A stretch of 64,000 nucleotides of DNA from an uncultured archaeon (GTDB taxonomy: Archaea > Thermoproteota > Nitrososphaeria > Nitrososphaerales > Gagatemarchaeaceae), in contig CAWCYD010000003.1 in NCBI GenBank assembly GCA_963799775.1, positions 1,664,001-1,728,000 on the forward strand. Direction: 5' to 3'. This document shows, in pieces, positions 39,445 through 50,369 of the stretch (the first letter of the stretch is position 1; every line of letters begins with the position of its first letter). The notes beneath the pieces are model-generated. The model made no database searches. It worked only from the letters and a program-made list of their open reading frames with translations, and was not told the origin of the DNA. The position numbers and the translations under genes are program-made.

Positions 39445-40427
39445 AGGGCTCTACCTTCGCCTTTCGGCTATCTGCTCCGGCGCTTCCTTGAGCCGGAGCT
39501 TCGTCTCGTGGCTAGTCCCGTTCCTCACGAACTGGACCGAGACCTCCTCCCCTATCGGGAGGTGGGAGAGGGCGCCGACGAGGTCCTTCATCGCCTCGAG
39601 CTTGGTCTCGCCCATCTTCACGAGGATGTCGCCGACCCGCAGGCCCGCGTCCTTCGCCGGAGCCTCCCGTAGGCACCTCGGCTAGCAGGACTCCCTGCTC
39701 GACCGGGAGGTTGTACCTCCTGGCCACGGACTTGGTGACGTCCATCCCTGAGATGCCGAGCCACGGCCTGATAACACGGCCGTTCCGTGTGATCTGGTCC
39801 ATGATCCTCTTAATCGTGTCCGAGGGGATCGCGAACCCCATGCCCTGGGCGAACGGGATCATGGCCGTGTTGAGCCCGATAACCTTGCCATCGAGGTCGG
39901 CGAGCGGGCCCCCGCTATTGCCGGGGTTGATTGCCGCGTCGGTCTGGATCAGGCCCTCGACCACAAAGTCGGTCCCCGGGAGCGGCCTCCCTAGGGCTCC
40001 TATCAGGCCCATCGAGACAGTCGGCGCCCCGGGAAGCCCAAGGGCGTTGCCTATCGCGAGGACTATCTGGCCGACCTTGAGCTTGTCAGAGTCGGCAAGC
40101 GTCGCGAAGGGGAGGTTCTCCGCTTCCACCTTCACGAGCGCGACGTCCGTCGCCTGGTCCGTCCCTATCACCTCGCCCACGAAGGCTCATCCCGTCCTTG
40201 AGGTTGACCTGGACCTTCGCTGCGTCGTCGATCACGTGGTTGTTCGTGACGATGATGCCCTTGGGGTCGATGATGACCCCCGAGCCCTGGCCCTCCACTG
40301 GGACGACGCCGAACCGGAAGTCCCTGGCGAGCCTGGTGCTGTCGATGCCCACTACGCTCTCGCTGAGCCTCTCGACCGCGCCGGTAATCTGGCCTTCGAG
40401 TTCCGTGAGACCCATCGCTTCTCTCAA
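39445..40427 (-). CDS. HtrA/DegP-like serine protease with PDZ (frameshifts)
   Basis: GSGVII, TNNHV, DVALVK and [15 protein letters not shown]; no signal peptide; 3' end approximate. Confidence 0.88.
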
Positions 40428-40437
40428 CTCTCTCTTC

Positions 40438-41425
40438 TGTCTACCAGGGAGGCCGTATGGGCGGGCCTGGCTCTGGGATGGAGGGCGGTGCTGGTTGTCT
40501 CGGCTCCAATTGCCCTCTACTCCTCCCGTCCCGAGGTCGGCGTGACCTCGAGGTCGACCACGTTCCCGCCTCGCAGCACGGCGAGCTTCGCCTTCTGTCC
40601 TATCGCCTCTTCACCGAGTAGGCCTGTGAGTGTCCATCGGAGCTCAGGATGCTCTTCCCGTTGAACCTCAGGATTACGTCGCCGAACGACAGGCCCGCCT
40701 GCTTGGCAGGGGCCCGTCCTCCACTGAGAAGACCATCACGCCCGTCTCCTGCCCCACCTTGCTGGAAGATGAGACCTCCTCAGGGAGCGCGACCGGGTTC
40801 GTCACGATGCCCATGTAGGCCCTCTTGAACGGCTGGCCCTTCGCAATCCTCTGCACGACCTTCGAGATCGTGTTGACGGGGACCGCTATGCCCCTCTTCG
40901 AGACGTAGGCCACGTTCATCCCTATCATCCGGCCCGAGGCGTCGACCAGAGGCCCTCCGGAGTATCCAGGGTTGACCCTGGCGTCGGTGATGATGGCGTT
41001 CTCTATCGTCATCCCCCACCAGCCGCCTATGCTCCGGTTGGCGCCCGTGATTATCCCCGAGGTGACGCTCGTGTGCGCCGAGAAGGGGTTCGCGAGGGCC
41101 AGGACGAACTGGCCTGGCTTTAGGCTGTCAGAGTCGCCCTTCGTGATGGGCGAGAGCTCCCCCTCGACCGTCAAGACAGCGATGTCCGAGCGCCTGAAGC
41201 GCCCTGTCACCTTGGCGGGTAGCTTCTTCCCGTCGGAAGTCCCGATGCTCACCTCGTCCGCTCCCCTCACCACGTGGAAGGCGGTCACGACGGTGTGCTG
41301 GTCCCAGACTATGCCGGACCCGTTTCCGTGGCCGGAGCTTATGCTCACGACCGAGCGACCTGTGCTCTCGGCGAGCCGCTCAATCTCGCCGGAGATTGTT
41401 TGCAGTATGCTTGAATTCAGACTCA
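40438..41425 (-). CDS. Second HtrA-like serine protease with PDZ (frameshifts)
   Basis: GSGIVW, TAFHVV, DIAVL and [14 protein letters not shown]; ends approximate. Confidence 0.82.
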
Positions 41426-41521
41426 ATTTTCCACTGCAGAGGTAGAGGAGGCGGGGATACTTGTTGATGGAGAACTCGGGAACCCCGTCACACCCAACGC
41501 GGGCGGCGGACATTGAAGCCG

Positions 41522-42159
41522 TCAGTTGTGCATCGAGAAGGTGGAGCCCGTCGAGAAGAAGGCGACCCTTCCTTCTGGGCCTGCGGGGGTGAACCTGGAG
41601 AGGTGACCCACCAGTTGGTAGGACGCCTTGATCGCGTCGGTCAAGTCCTTGCCTTCCCTGACGTTGCCCTCGATTACGAGCTCGCTTCCCGAGAAGATGG
41701 CGTCGATCTGGACTGCGCCGTCCCCCGTCACCCACTTCATCGTAGTCCCCCTCTCATCCTCCGAATATCCTAGCCAGCGGAGAGGCCCGAACCACCGTCC
41801 CTTGAGTCCCGAGACGGCCTCGCCCGACGCCTTCCCGTACGGGAGCAGCGTGCGGAGTATCGGGCCCCTGTGCTGCGTCGCCGAGTGAGGTTGGGCTGTC
41901 GCGAGCGGCTTTACGCCGATCATCTCCTTCCCCTTGTGAGTCACGTGGTAACCCTCTGAGGTCTTCTCCAGGATCATCTGCTCCTCGAGCCTGTGAAGTA
42001 TCCTCGAGAGCGTCTCCGAGTGCGTCCCCAGCCTTCGCCTGAGCCCCTCGAATGTGAACCCGAGAAGGTCCATCCTCGCCTAGGAAGCGCAGGGACCTCA
42101 GCGTCCCTGGCGCTAAACTCGGCGCCTGCGAATTGGTCCCTTGGAAGCCTGTCAGGCAT
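41522..42159 (-). CDS. Winged-helix domain protein (frameshift near 42080)
   Basis: FTFEGLRRRLGTHSETLSRILHRL...YHVTHKG; LKGRWFGPLRWLG. Confidence 0.7.
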
Positions 42160-42219
42160 GCTGGAACACCGGAGGATTAGGGGAGTCGGTTTCTTATATA
42201 GATAGTAGTATTCTGGAAA

Positions 42220-42600
42220 TTACTTGGTCGAGTGCCCCGCCGCGACCCTCCTGTACGCTGCGATGTAGTCCAGCGCGAACTTGTCGGCGTTCTTCTCCGT
42301 CCCCCGGTGGCGGCCGGCGAACTGGCGCAGGTGATGATAGAACTCGTGGAGCATGACGAACGGGTCGTAGAGATATTCCTGGCTCACGGCGAGTATCTCC
42401 TTCCTGTTGGCGGAGTAGACGGCGAGCACCCCTTTCGAGCGCCCCCTGACGACCCCGATGCCGAGCCTGGGCACCTCCACCCGGTAGTAGTCGGAGAGCA
42501 TCTTGATGGCCCGTCCGGTATCACGGTTGAGGATCGTCGCCACCACAGCTGTCTTGAAGTCATCGCCCGGCTGCCCTTGCCTCGCTTCGGTCGTCTCGCA
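42220..42600 (-). CDS. Small zincin-like protein
   Basis: PFVMLHEFYHH...TEKNADKFA; start approximate. Confidence 0.65.
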   Translation of the reverse strand, partial: CETTEARQGQPGDDFKTAVVATILNRDTGRAIKMLSDYYRVEVPRLGIGVVRGRSKGVLAVYSANRKEILAVSQEYLYDPFVMLHEFYHHLRQFAGRHRGTEKNADKFALDYIAAYRRVAAGHSTK

Positions 42601-42895
42601 ACACGCTATGCCTGTTTCTCTTCCAGCTCGAACGTGAACCTTGCCCCCGCGAACTCCTTTGTCCCGACCTTCTCCCAGGCCACGTCGTAGGTCTTCGTCA
42701 GCTGGGCGCCGACTATCTTGACCTGCTTGGGGAGGTCTCTCCCACAGCTTCTCCGACTTGGTAGGGTCCTTCGTGAAGAGCAAGGAGCGCCTCCGCTTCA
42801 TGAGGTACTTGACCGCGACCTTCTGATAGTCCGTTCCTTCCACCTGTATCTGCTCCTTCCCGGTGTCGACAGTGAAGGCCCGCTTCGCCATGACG
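42590..42895 (-). CDS. Conserved hypothetical protein (frameshift)
   Basis: MAKRAFTVDTGKE...VAVKYLMKRRRSLL...EFAGARFTFEL; ends approximate. Confidence 0.6.
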
Positions 42896-42941
42896 GCGCA
42901 TCGTGATTTTTGATTAATGAGGTTTTGGTAAGAGGAACCCG

Positions 42942-43115
42942 CTAGACACCGACCGCGGACCAGACGTCGTCGTCGCTGTCCAGCTGCGTGAACCCGCACC
43001 TGTCGCACCTTCTGCCGGTGAGGGTCGCCTCCTTGCCCCCGGCCAGGATCTTCCTCTGGTACTCGACCATCTGCCCCGCGCGGCACCTCTCGCAGAACAT
43101 CTTTCGATAGGTCAC
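42942..43115 (-). CDS. Zinc-ribbon microprotein (one indel; not in the ORF track)
   Basis: MFCERCRGQMVEY...LTGRRCDRCGFTQLDSDDDVWSAVGV. Confidence 0.6.
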   Translation of the reverse strand: MTYRKMFCERCRAGQMVEYQRKILAGGKEATLTGRRCDRCGFTQLDSDDDVWSAVGV

Positions 43116-43180
43116 CCCGCCGTGGGCACCTTTAAGTCACTCCCCTGCGGTTTGGCCCCGTAGTCGGGTGAGAGCAGAAG

Positions 43181-44280
43181 TTGGGCGTTCCTGAGAAGAT
43201 AAAGAAGATCGAAGACGGACCTGCTGAAGACCCAGATCAACAAGCACACCGAGCGCCACATCGGCGTCCTGCGGGCGAAGCTCTCGAAGCTCAAGATGGA
43301 GCAGGAGGAGCAGCAATCCCGACGGTCGGGGAGCGCGGTCGGTTACGACGTCAAGAAGTCTGGAGACGGGACTGTCGTCCTCATCGGCCTGCCTAGCGTC
43401 GGCAAGTCGACCCTGCTCAACGTGCTTACAAACGCAAAGTCGAAGGTCGCCGCCTACCAGTTCACGACGCTCGACGTCGTTCCGGGGGTCCTTGAATACA
43501 ACGGGGCCAGGATACAGGTGCTCGACCTGCCCGGAATCATCCAAGGCGCGTCCTCAGGTAGGGGCCTGGGCAAGCGGGTCCTCGCGGTGGCGCGGAACGC
43601 CGACCTCATCATGTTCGTGATAGACGTCTTCCAGCCGGAGGCGCGCGCACTCCTCGAGAAGGAGCTCCGGCTGACCGGGATACGGGTCGACGATGGACCC
43701 TCCCAACGTCGTGATAGAGTCGACCACCACAGGCGGGATATCGGTGGTCTCCCAGGTCAAGCTCACCAAGATCACCGTGGAGATCGTGAAGGACATCCTG
43801 AGAGTCTACGGGATGAACAGCGCCCGGGTCGTCCTACGCCAGGATATCAGCGACGAGCAGCTCATCGACGTGATCCTAGGGACCAGAGTCTACATTCCGT
43901 CGCTGGTCGTCATGAACAAGATCGACCTCGTCAACGCAGGTTTCATCAACGAGGTGACGGCCAAGCTGGCCTACAAGTTCGTCCCGATCTCTGCGGAGAG
44001 CAACGTGAACATCGAGGCGCTGAAGCAGGAGATGTATCGGAGGCTGGACTTCATCAGGATATACATGCGGAGGAGGAGCGGCGAGACCGACTACAAGGAG
44101 CCGATGATCGTGAGGAACGGCTCGACGGTGCTCGAGGTGTGCGACAAGGTCCACCGCAAGATGAAGGACGACTTCCGCTACGCGCTCATCTGGGGGAAGA
44201 GCGTCAAGTTCGACGGGCAGCGCGTCGGAATCGGCCACCTGCTGATGGACGAGGACGTCCTCACGCTGGTAACAAAGTGA
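43181..44280 (+). CDS. DRG/Rbg1-family OBG GTPase with TGS domain (frameshifts)
   Basis: GLPSVGKST, YQFTT, DLPGII, NKID and WGKSVKFDGQRVG motifs. Confidence 0.92.
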
Positions 44281-44293
44281 GTCGACGCGTCCA

Positions 44294-44737
44294 TTGGTCT
44301 CTGGGAACGCTTCCCCCGTGGACGTCTTGAAGAGAAGCAAGACAGTCGCTGTCGTCGGAGCTTCCAAGAGCCCTGAGAAGGAGGCGCACACCGTCCCCGA
44401 GTATCTCAAGCAGAACGGCTACAGCATCGTCCCGATCAATCCGACGGCGACGGAGATCCTCGGGGAGACGGCCTACCCTTCGCTCAAGGACGTCCCTGAG
44501 AAGCTGGCGAAAACCATCGACGTGGTGGAAGTCTTCAGGCCCAGCGAGGAGCTCCCGCAGGTGGCCAACCAGGTGGTCGAGCTGAAGAAACGGACGGGCC
44601 GACCGGTCGTCTTCTGGGCTCAACAGGGCCTGGAGAACGAGGAGGCGAAGCGCATCCTGGAGGGGAACGGGATCCCCTACGTGATGGACGCATGCATGAG
44701 GGCGATCCACCAGATACACGTCAGGAAGGCTGCTTGA
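44294..44737 (+). CDS. CoA-binding protein (YccU-like)
   Basis: VAVVGASK, PINP, VFRPS, WAQQG and MDAC motifs. Confidence 0.88.
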   Translation: MVSGNASPVDVLKRSKTVAVVGASKSPEKEAHTVPEYLKQNGYSIVPINPTATEILGETAYPSLKDVPEKLAKTIDVVEVFRPSEELPQVANQVVELKKRTGRPVVFWAQQGLENEEAKRILEGNGIPYVMDACMRAIHQIHVRKAA

Positions 44738-44858
44738 GCAGCTCGTAGAGCCTATATCTCGTCTCCTCACCCGGAGATAGGACGTATCCGCAGAAGTTGC
44801 ACACGACCCCCGTCTCTTTTCGTTTCAACGAGTTCTTGCCGCACTTCGGGCACTTCAT
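44721..44858 (-). CDS. Zinc-ribbon microprotein
   Basis: MKCPKCGKNSL...VVCNFCGY. Confidence 0.65.
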   Translation of the reverse strand: MKCPKCGKNSLKRKETGVVCNFCGYVLSPGEETRYRLYELLKQPS

Positions 44859-45011
44859 GTCCTTCGAATCGGTCCTGGTGGGCTGGTGCAACGCGGAATC
44901 CTCGAAGTCTGGTCTGAAGCACACAGCTAGACGCTTATAGGTTTGTCAGCAGATTTCATTCTCAGGCTCCCGCGATAGCTTTTTTAGAAACACCCATCCT
45001 TTTGGTCCGAA

Positions 45012-45509
45012 ATGGCCGCCAGACCTCTCAAGTGCAGGTTGCAGTTTCACGGGAAGATAGCGTGGGACAAGGAGCCAATCAACGACATCGCCAGAGAGAC
45101 CCAATTTGGTCGAGAGTACAAGGAGTACCGCATCGGGACGTGCATCGAATGCGGCGAGAGAGTTCTCTCCGAGACCCTGAAGTCGGCGAAGGGCATAGTC
45201 GAGGTGACGCCGGGCGTGGTGCAGAAGGCCGCGCCAGAGGTCATGGAGAAGCACGCCCAAGAGGCCGCGGCGGCCGACCAGGAGCGCAAGGAGCTCCTTG
45301 CCATGATTGCAAGGGCCTCGAACGAGCATCCGCACCTCAGGGTGGGGGAGCTGCTCTTCGTCGCGCTCACAAGGAGGATCAAGGTGAGCCTTGACCACGG
45401 GGTCAACAATGACTCTAGGGTAGGCCACTCGCTGTTCTACATCTTCGACTCTGAGCTCAAGAAGGCGGTCGAAGGGATTCCAAAGGCCGAAGAATACGAA
45501 GCGAGGTAG
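45012..45509 (+). CDS. Hypothetical protein
   Basis: 165-aa ORF with CRLQFH...CIECG and HPHLRVGELL. Confidence 0.55.
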   Translation: MAARPLKCRLQFHGKIAWDKEPINDIARETQFGREYKEYRIGTCIECGERVLSETLKSAKGIVEVTPGVVQKAAPEVMEKHAQEAAAADQERKELLAMIARASNEHPHLRVGELLFVALTRRIKVSLDHGVNNDSRVGHSLFYIFDSELKKAVEGIPKAEEYEAR

Positions 45510-45539
45510 GCCGCCAAGTCCACCCCGAGATCGGGGTGA

Positions 45540-45813
45540 GCCCCAGGACGCTCCGGGATGGACCGTCTATGTGTTGAGGTGCAAGAACGGGGACCTCTAC
45601 ACGGGGTGCACCACGGACGTGGAGAGACGGGTGCGCGAGCACAACTCGGGGAAAGGGAGCAAGTTCACAAGATCGCGGCTCCCTGTGGCCCTCGTGTATC
45701 GAGAGGAGCTTGGCGCGAGGTCTGAGGCCCTCCGGAGGGAGCGAGCCATCAAGGCGATGAGGAGGACCGAGAAGCTGGGGTTGGTCGGTCAGGCCTCGGC
45801 GACCAGGGCATAG
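45540..45813 (+). CDS. GIY-YIG nuclease, UPF0213 family
   Basis: VYVLRCKNGDLYTGCTTDVERRVREHNSGKGSKFTR...ALRRERAIK; start approximate. Confidence 0.88.
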
Positions 45814-46574
45814 ACCGGGCTCTCCGCCCTGGAGGGGCCCCTGCTCGTCAAGGACTCGAAAGTGCCCTTCACCTTCCATCCTGTGGTCTCGAGCCTCGAG
45901 ACGAGCTCGTGGGGCGAGTAGACCCTGATGTCCGTCGGGAACTCCCCGGCGTACTTTAGCGTCTCGCCTCCCCTGCCCTGCTTCAGATAGAATCTCCAGT
46001 TCCCCTTCTCCCGCGACCGCGCAGAGTCGAAGGTATACCTGTCCAGCACGAGCACCCTCCTGCTCTCCTCGTAGACGTTCTGGGAGGGGTTCCGCGCGAT
46101 GTAGTCCCTGTTGCGCAGGCCGGAGATGATCAGCAGGCCTCCTGGTCTCGTGACCTTTAGAGCGTCTTGGAAGAAGCTGAGGTCGTCCGCTTCCGACCCG
46201 TAGCCTATGCTCGTGAAGACGTTCAGAACCACGTCGAAGCTGCCGGGCGGGAACCTTCCTGAGAGGTCGTGCATGTCGCCGACGAGGAAGCTCGCCCTTC
46301 CCCCTAGCTTGAAGTTGGCCGCCTTCTTGGCGGCGACGTCGACGAGGTGCGGCGAGAGGTCCATTCCAACGACCTCGAAGCCCAGCCTGCCGAGGGGGAT
46401 GCCCACCCTCCCGATGCCGCAGGGGACGTCCAGGATCCGGCAGCCTTTGAGCCCTTTCTCCGAGAGGTAGGAGGAGATGGCGACCGCGTCCTCTTCGCCC
46501 CGCTCCCACATCCCCTCGAGGACGAGCTCGTAGAGCTTCGCGTTCCTGATGAAGATGTTCTCCGCCCAGTCCAA
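45789..46574 (-). CDS. Class I SAM-dependent methyltransferase
   Basis: ILDVPCGIGR, GMDLS, GDM and FTSIGY motifs. Confidence 0.88.
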   Translation of the reverse strand: MDWAENIFIRNAKLYELVLEGMWERGEEDAVAISSYLSEKGLKGCRILDVPCGIGRVGIPLGRLGFEVVGMDLSPHLVDVAAKKAANFKLGGRASFLVGDMHDLSGRFPPGSFDVVLNVFTSIGYGSEADDLSFFQDALKVTRPGGLLIISGLRNRDYIARNPSQNVYEESRRVLVLDRYTFDSARSREKGNWRFYLKQGRGGETLKYAGEFPTDIRVYSPHELVSRLETTGWKVKGTFESLTSRGPSRAESPVYALVAEA

Positions 46575-46634
46575 GCGTCTCTCCTAGGAGAGGGACGCTA
46601 GAAAAGCCTGGACCAGGCAGAGGGAACCAGCAAG

Positions 46635-47886
46635 CTAGGGCCTCTTCCTGGAGATCGCTATCCCAACGACAGCCGCTACGGCGGCTGCCAGCGCGATGGT
46701 CCCGATCTCAAGGAGGCCCGCGCCGGAGGAGCTCGTCGTCGACGAACTCGATGTGGACAAATTCGATGTGGAAGGTTGAGAGGAGGATGCCGGGAAGGGA
46801 GGGATGGAGGTGGTCGTCGACTGGGCGTTGCTTGTCGTTGATGCGGCGCTGTTGCCCGCTGCTTGTCCTGCCTCCAGGGAGCTCGTCGCCCCCTGTGCGG
46901 GAGAGGAGATGACCGCACCGACGGTCGGCGCGCCGCCCGCCGCACTAGCGCCTTGCGCGTAGAGTATCGGCGTGGGTTGGGTCTGCGCTGTCAAGACCAT
47001 GCTGAGGCTCGTCTGGGGTGGGAGTAGGAGCCCTGAGGCGCTCAGGTACACGTACTCGGGGCTGTAGTAGATCGTGACGTTGACGAGCTGGCCGCCCACG
47101 TTGACTTGCTCGGTCGTCTGGCTCTTTGGAAGGTTCACCTGCACGTCATAGGAGGTTGACAGGACGAGAGGGACCGCTGGCACCAGGAGATGGGCCACGC
47201 CGTCGTTACCTGTCTGCGCGTACATCGTGAGGTTGGCGTAGTCGCCCCAGTAGATGTATGTCCCCACCGCGTTCGCTGAGACATACGCGCCTGAGACGGC
47301 CGTGCCGTTCTTGAAGCTGACGCTCACCGTGACCTTGGTGGTCGGGATGTTCGATGGAGGCTGGGCGGCGATCGTTACAGTCGTGGGGCCGCTCACCTGT
47401 GTGATGGCGTAGCCATACTCCTCGGGTTGGCTGTTGTAGAAGCAGGGATAGGCTATCGCCGAGCTGGCGGAGCCGGCCGACTTTGAGGTCGGGGTGCTCA
47501 CACCCCCAGGTTGCGCGCACGCGCAGCAGACGGGCGGCGTGCTCGTCGACTGCTGTCCTTCTACCGTCGCCCCGAAGAGGTAGCTGCCCTGACGGGAGGT
47601 CCATCGTCACCTGCGGGTACTGGCCCGTGTAGGAGGCGACCTGCGTGCCCGACGAGTTGTAGGCGACCAAGTCATACGAGCTCACTTTCGTGATGTTCTG
47701 CGACTGAATCGAGAGCTCGACCGCGTTCAGACTCGCCCCGGACCCACCACTGCTACTGGTCGACGTGGCAGCGAAGAGCTGGGGGAGCGGCGCCAGCCCT
47801 GCCAATAAAAGAGCGAGGATGGACGCCGAGACTGTTATTGCCGTTACCTTCGGCCTTGATGATAGTGCCGTTCGCATCTGAATCAC
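46635..47886 (-). CDS. Secreted surface protein with Ser/Thr stalk and C-terminal membrane anchor (frameshifts)
   Basis: Signal peptide in ORF 47206-47886; beta-rich body, stalk and TM plus RKR tail in ORF 46635-47501. Confidence 0.7.
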
Positions 47887-47974
47887 TGGTATGGGGTTGG
47901 CGGCAAATCTAGTTGATGCTATGGCCTAGAACGCCTGTTCTCCATCCCAGAACAGGCAAGGGATTCCACTTCCA

Positions 47975-48556
47975 CTAGGCCTGGACCACGCTCGTGCCCA
48001 GGAACTTGTCGCTGAACTTCCTCATGTAGCCCACCTCCAAGGCGAGGCCTAGGACGACGTCCAGGAGGAGGAGCACCCAGTAAATCTTGCTCAGGTTCCT
48101 GAGAAAAGAGGCTCCCAAAGTGGGGCGCCCGCCGCCATCCGTGGTGACGCGCATCCCCATCACCGCCTTTCCGATCGTCTTGCCGTAGGTGGCCTCTGCT
48201 AGGGTGAAGTACAGGACGAGCAGGAGGTCCGCCAACGGGCCGAAGAAGGCCCCGAAGGGGAACAAGTGCGACGCGTAGCCAGGGATGAAGATGCTCGCGA
48301 AGAATGAGGGGATGGCGACTGCGGCCGCGGCTAGGCCTATCACAAGAAAGACGATGATCGAGTCGATGACGTAGGCGACGAGCCTCCTCACCCAGTACTC
48401 CTGCGCCCTCGCATCCCTCGAGAGCATCGTGAGGCCGCTCGCCGGTAACTGCGGCCCGGTCGTAGCGCTGTTGCCGACCGGCGTCCCGCACGAAGGGCAG
48501 AAGCCCGCCCCTATCGGAATCGGCGTACCGCACTTCGAGCATAATGCCATCTCCAA
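47975..48556 (-). CDS. RDD-family membrane protein with N-terminal zinc ribbon
   Basis: CSKCG...FCPSCG; RRLVAYVID; GKTIGKAVMGMRV. Confidence 0.88.
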   Translation of the reverse strand: MEMALCSKCGTPIPIGAGFCPSCGTPVGNSATTGPQLPASGLTMLSRDARAQEYWVRRLVAYVIDSIIVFLVIGLAAAAVAIPSFFASIFIPGYASHLFPFGAFFGPLADLLLVLYFTLAEATYGKTIGKAVMGMRVTTDGGGRPTLGASFLRNLSKIYWVLLLLDVVLGLALEVGYMRKFSDKFLGTSVVQA

Positions 48557-48639
48557 GCGACCTGACCCGCATAGAAGGTTTCGGCTCCTATGTTAACAGG
48601 AGGTCTGCGGCCCCGGCCACTCGCCCTTTGGGCAGCAGC

Positions 48640-49287
48640 TTACGCTGCCTCGAAGGACTCGGCCGCTTCCTCTGCGACCGACTGCGGGATGTCGGGGAAC
48701 TTCTCCTTCATGCGGCTCTCTGCCACAGCTGCCGCCTCGGAGAGCGCCCTCTCCGCCTCCTCGTTGGCGGTCTCGAAGTTCATCGTGTACCCGCCGATGG
48801 AGCCTGCATCGACCAAGATGCCGCTGAGCAGACTGGAGACCTCGCCCATCTCGCCGACCGCGTCGGGCATGACTCCCGTGATGTCTTGCTTCACGCTTCT
48901 CACGATGGACGTCGCCGGAGCGAGCGTGGTGACTATGTCTCCCATCTCTGTTATCGTGTTGAGCCTGAGCACTATCTGCTCGAGGGCCAGCCTGGACTGG
49001 GTGACCATCTTCCCAACCTTGCGGACCTCCGCGAGCTCGTTGGCGAACATCGATGCCCTCTGGTTCTCGTGCTTCTGGACTGCGGCCACAATCTTGACGA
49101 AGAGGGCGTGGTCCCTGTCTCGGATCTTTACCATCGAGTTGTCGAGCTTCGCCATCACGACCTGGATCTGGCGCGTGAGAGCGTCAAGGCGCGGCTTCAG
49201 CGGTCCAGGGTTGTTGAACCTCCCCCTGAGCCTCTCCCCGAAGCCGGTTGATTTCTTCCTGTCCCAGTTACTTGAAAAATCTGACAT
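48640..49287 (-). CDS. cdvB: ESCRT-III/CdvB-family (Snf7) protein
   Basis: RASMFANELAEVRK...LALEQIVLRLNTITEMGDIV...EAERALSEAAAVAE...KFPDIP. Confidence 0.88.
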   Translation of the reverse strand: MSDFSSNWDRKKSTGFGERLRGRFNNPGPLKPRLDALTRQIQVVMAKLDNSMVKIRDRDHALFVKIVAAVQKHENQRASMFANELAEVRKVGKMVTQSRLALEQIVLRLNTITEMGDIVTTLAPATSIVRSVKQDITGVMPDAVGEMGEVSSLLSGILVDAGSIGGYTMNFETANEEAERALSEAAAVAESRMKEKFPDIPQSVAEEAAESFEAA

Positions 49288-49384
49288 CCGACCGTCGGGG
49301 CCAATTTCGTCCCTATTTTCGGGCGGGTGAAAATGTTTTCACATGTTGCATGAACTTCCGGTCCAGGGATGAGAGCGGGCCTGC

Positions 49385-50347
49385 TCAGGCCTCGGTCTCG
49401 AACTTCTTTGCGACCTTCTCTGCCGCCGCTGTCGCCGCCTCGACCGCGTTCATCATGCTCGTCCTCAGCGACCCCCTCTCGAGCTCGTAGATGCCGGCTA
49501 TGGTGGTCCCGGCAGGGGTCGTCACGGTGTCGCGCAGCTCTGCGGGGTGCATATGCTTCTGGCTCAGGAGGTCGGCCGTCCCCGTGAGCGTCTTCGTGAC
49601 GAGCTTCAACGAGATGTCCCTTGGGATCCCCACCTTGAGACCGGCGCTCACCATCGCCTCTATCACGACGGCGATGTAGGCCGGTCCGCTCCCGCTCAAC
49701 GCCGTGATCGGGTTCAGGAGGTTCTCTGGCACCTTGACGCAGTCCCCGAAGCAACAGAGGATGAACTCGACCTGGGCCTCGTCCGCCGCGGAGAGCTTGC
49801 TCCCGAGCGAGTAGGCGGTTATCGCCTCGCCTATGACCGCTGCGATGTTCGGCATCGCCCGGACCACCTTCGCCTTTGGAAGTGCCCGCTCGAGCCTCTC
49901 GATTGTGATGGCCGCCATGAGGGAGATGACCAGCTTGCCGGTGGTGAACTGGGAGATGTCGGCTAGCACATGCTTCGCGTCCCCCGCCTTGACCGCCACC
50001 AGAATCAGGTCGGCCCTCTTCGCCGCCTCCCGGTTGTCCGTCGTCACCTGAATCTTCGCCGACCGGACGTGCCTGAGCGTCGAGACATCCCTCTTCGTCA
50101 TTATCACCTTGGTGACCTGTCTCGACTTTGCTATGGAGGTGGCGACAGCCTCTCCGATCTTGCCGGCCCCGATGACGGCTACTATCAAAGCGTCCTGACG
50201 GCTCGGGTCCGTTGTCTGGTTAATAACTTGGCTTTGGTCGGGGACGGGGAAGCCCACCTCGCAAATCATAATTGCCCCCTCGACATCACGTGTGGAGAAC
50301 AGACCTTGAGCCGACGAAAGAACAGGATGAACCTCTCCCTCCTCCAA
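49385..50347 (-). CDS. proC: Pyrroline-5-carboxylate reductase (true start probably near 50200)
   Basis: IGAGKIG, RAMPN, TALSGSGPAY and VTTPAGTT motifs. Confidence 0.92.
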   Translation of the reverse strand: MEEGEVHPVLSSAQGLFSTRDVEGAIMICEVGFPVPDQSQVINQTTDPSRQDALIVAVIGAGKIGEAVATSIAKSRQVTKVIMTKRDVSTLRHVRSAKIQVTTDNREAAKRADLILVAVKAGDAKHVLADISQFTTGKLVISLMAAITIERLERALPKAKVVRAMPNIAAVIGEAITAYSLGSKLSAADEAQVEFILCCFGDCVKVPENLLNPITALSGSGPAYIAVVIEAMVSAGLKVGIPRDISLKLVTKTLTGTADLLSQKHMHPAELRDTVTTPAGTTIAGIYELERGSLRTSMMNAVEAATAAAEKVAKKFETEA

Positions 50348-50369
50348 CAGGAGGTACTACCTTCTGGCC

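Noticed and set aside
45540-45813. GIY-YIG protein as a homing endonuclease or defence nuclease
   Set aside because: It is a stand-alone UPF0213-type protein with no intron or defence-gene context.
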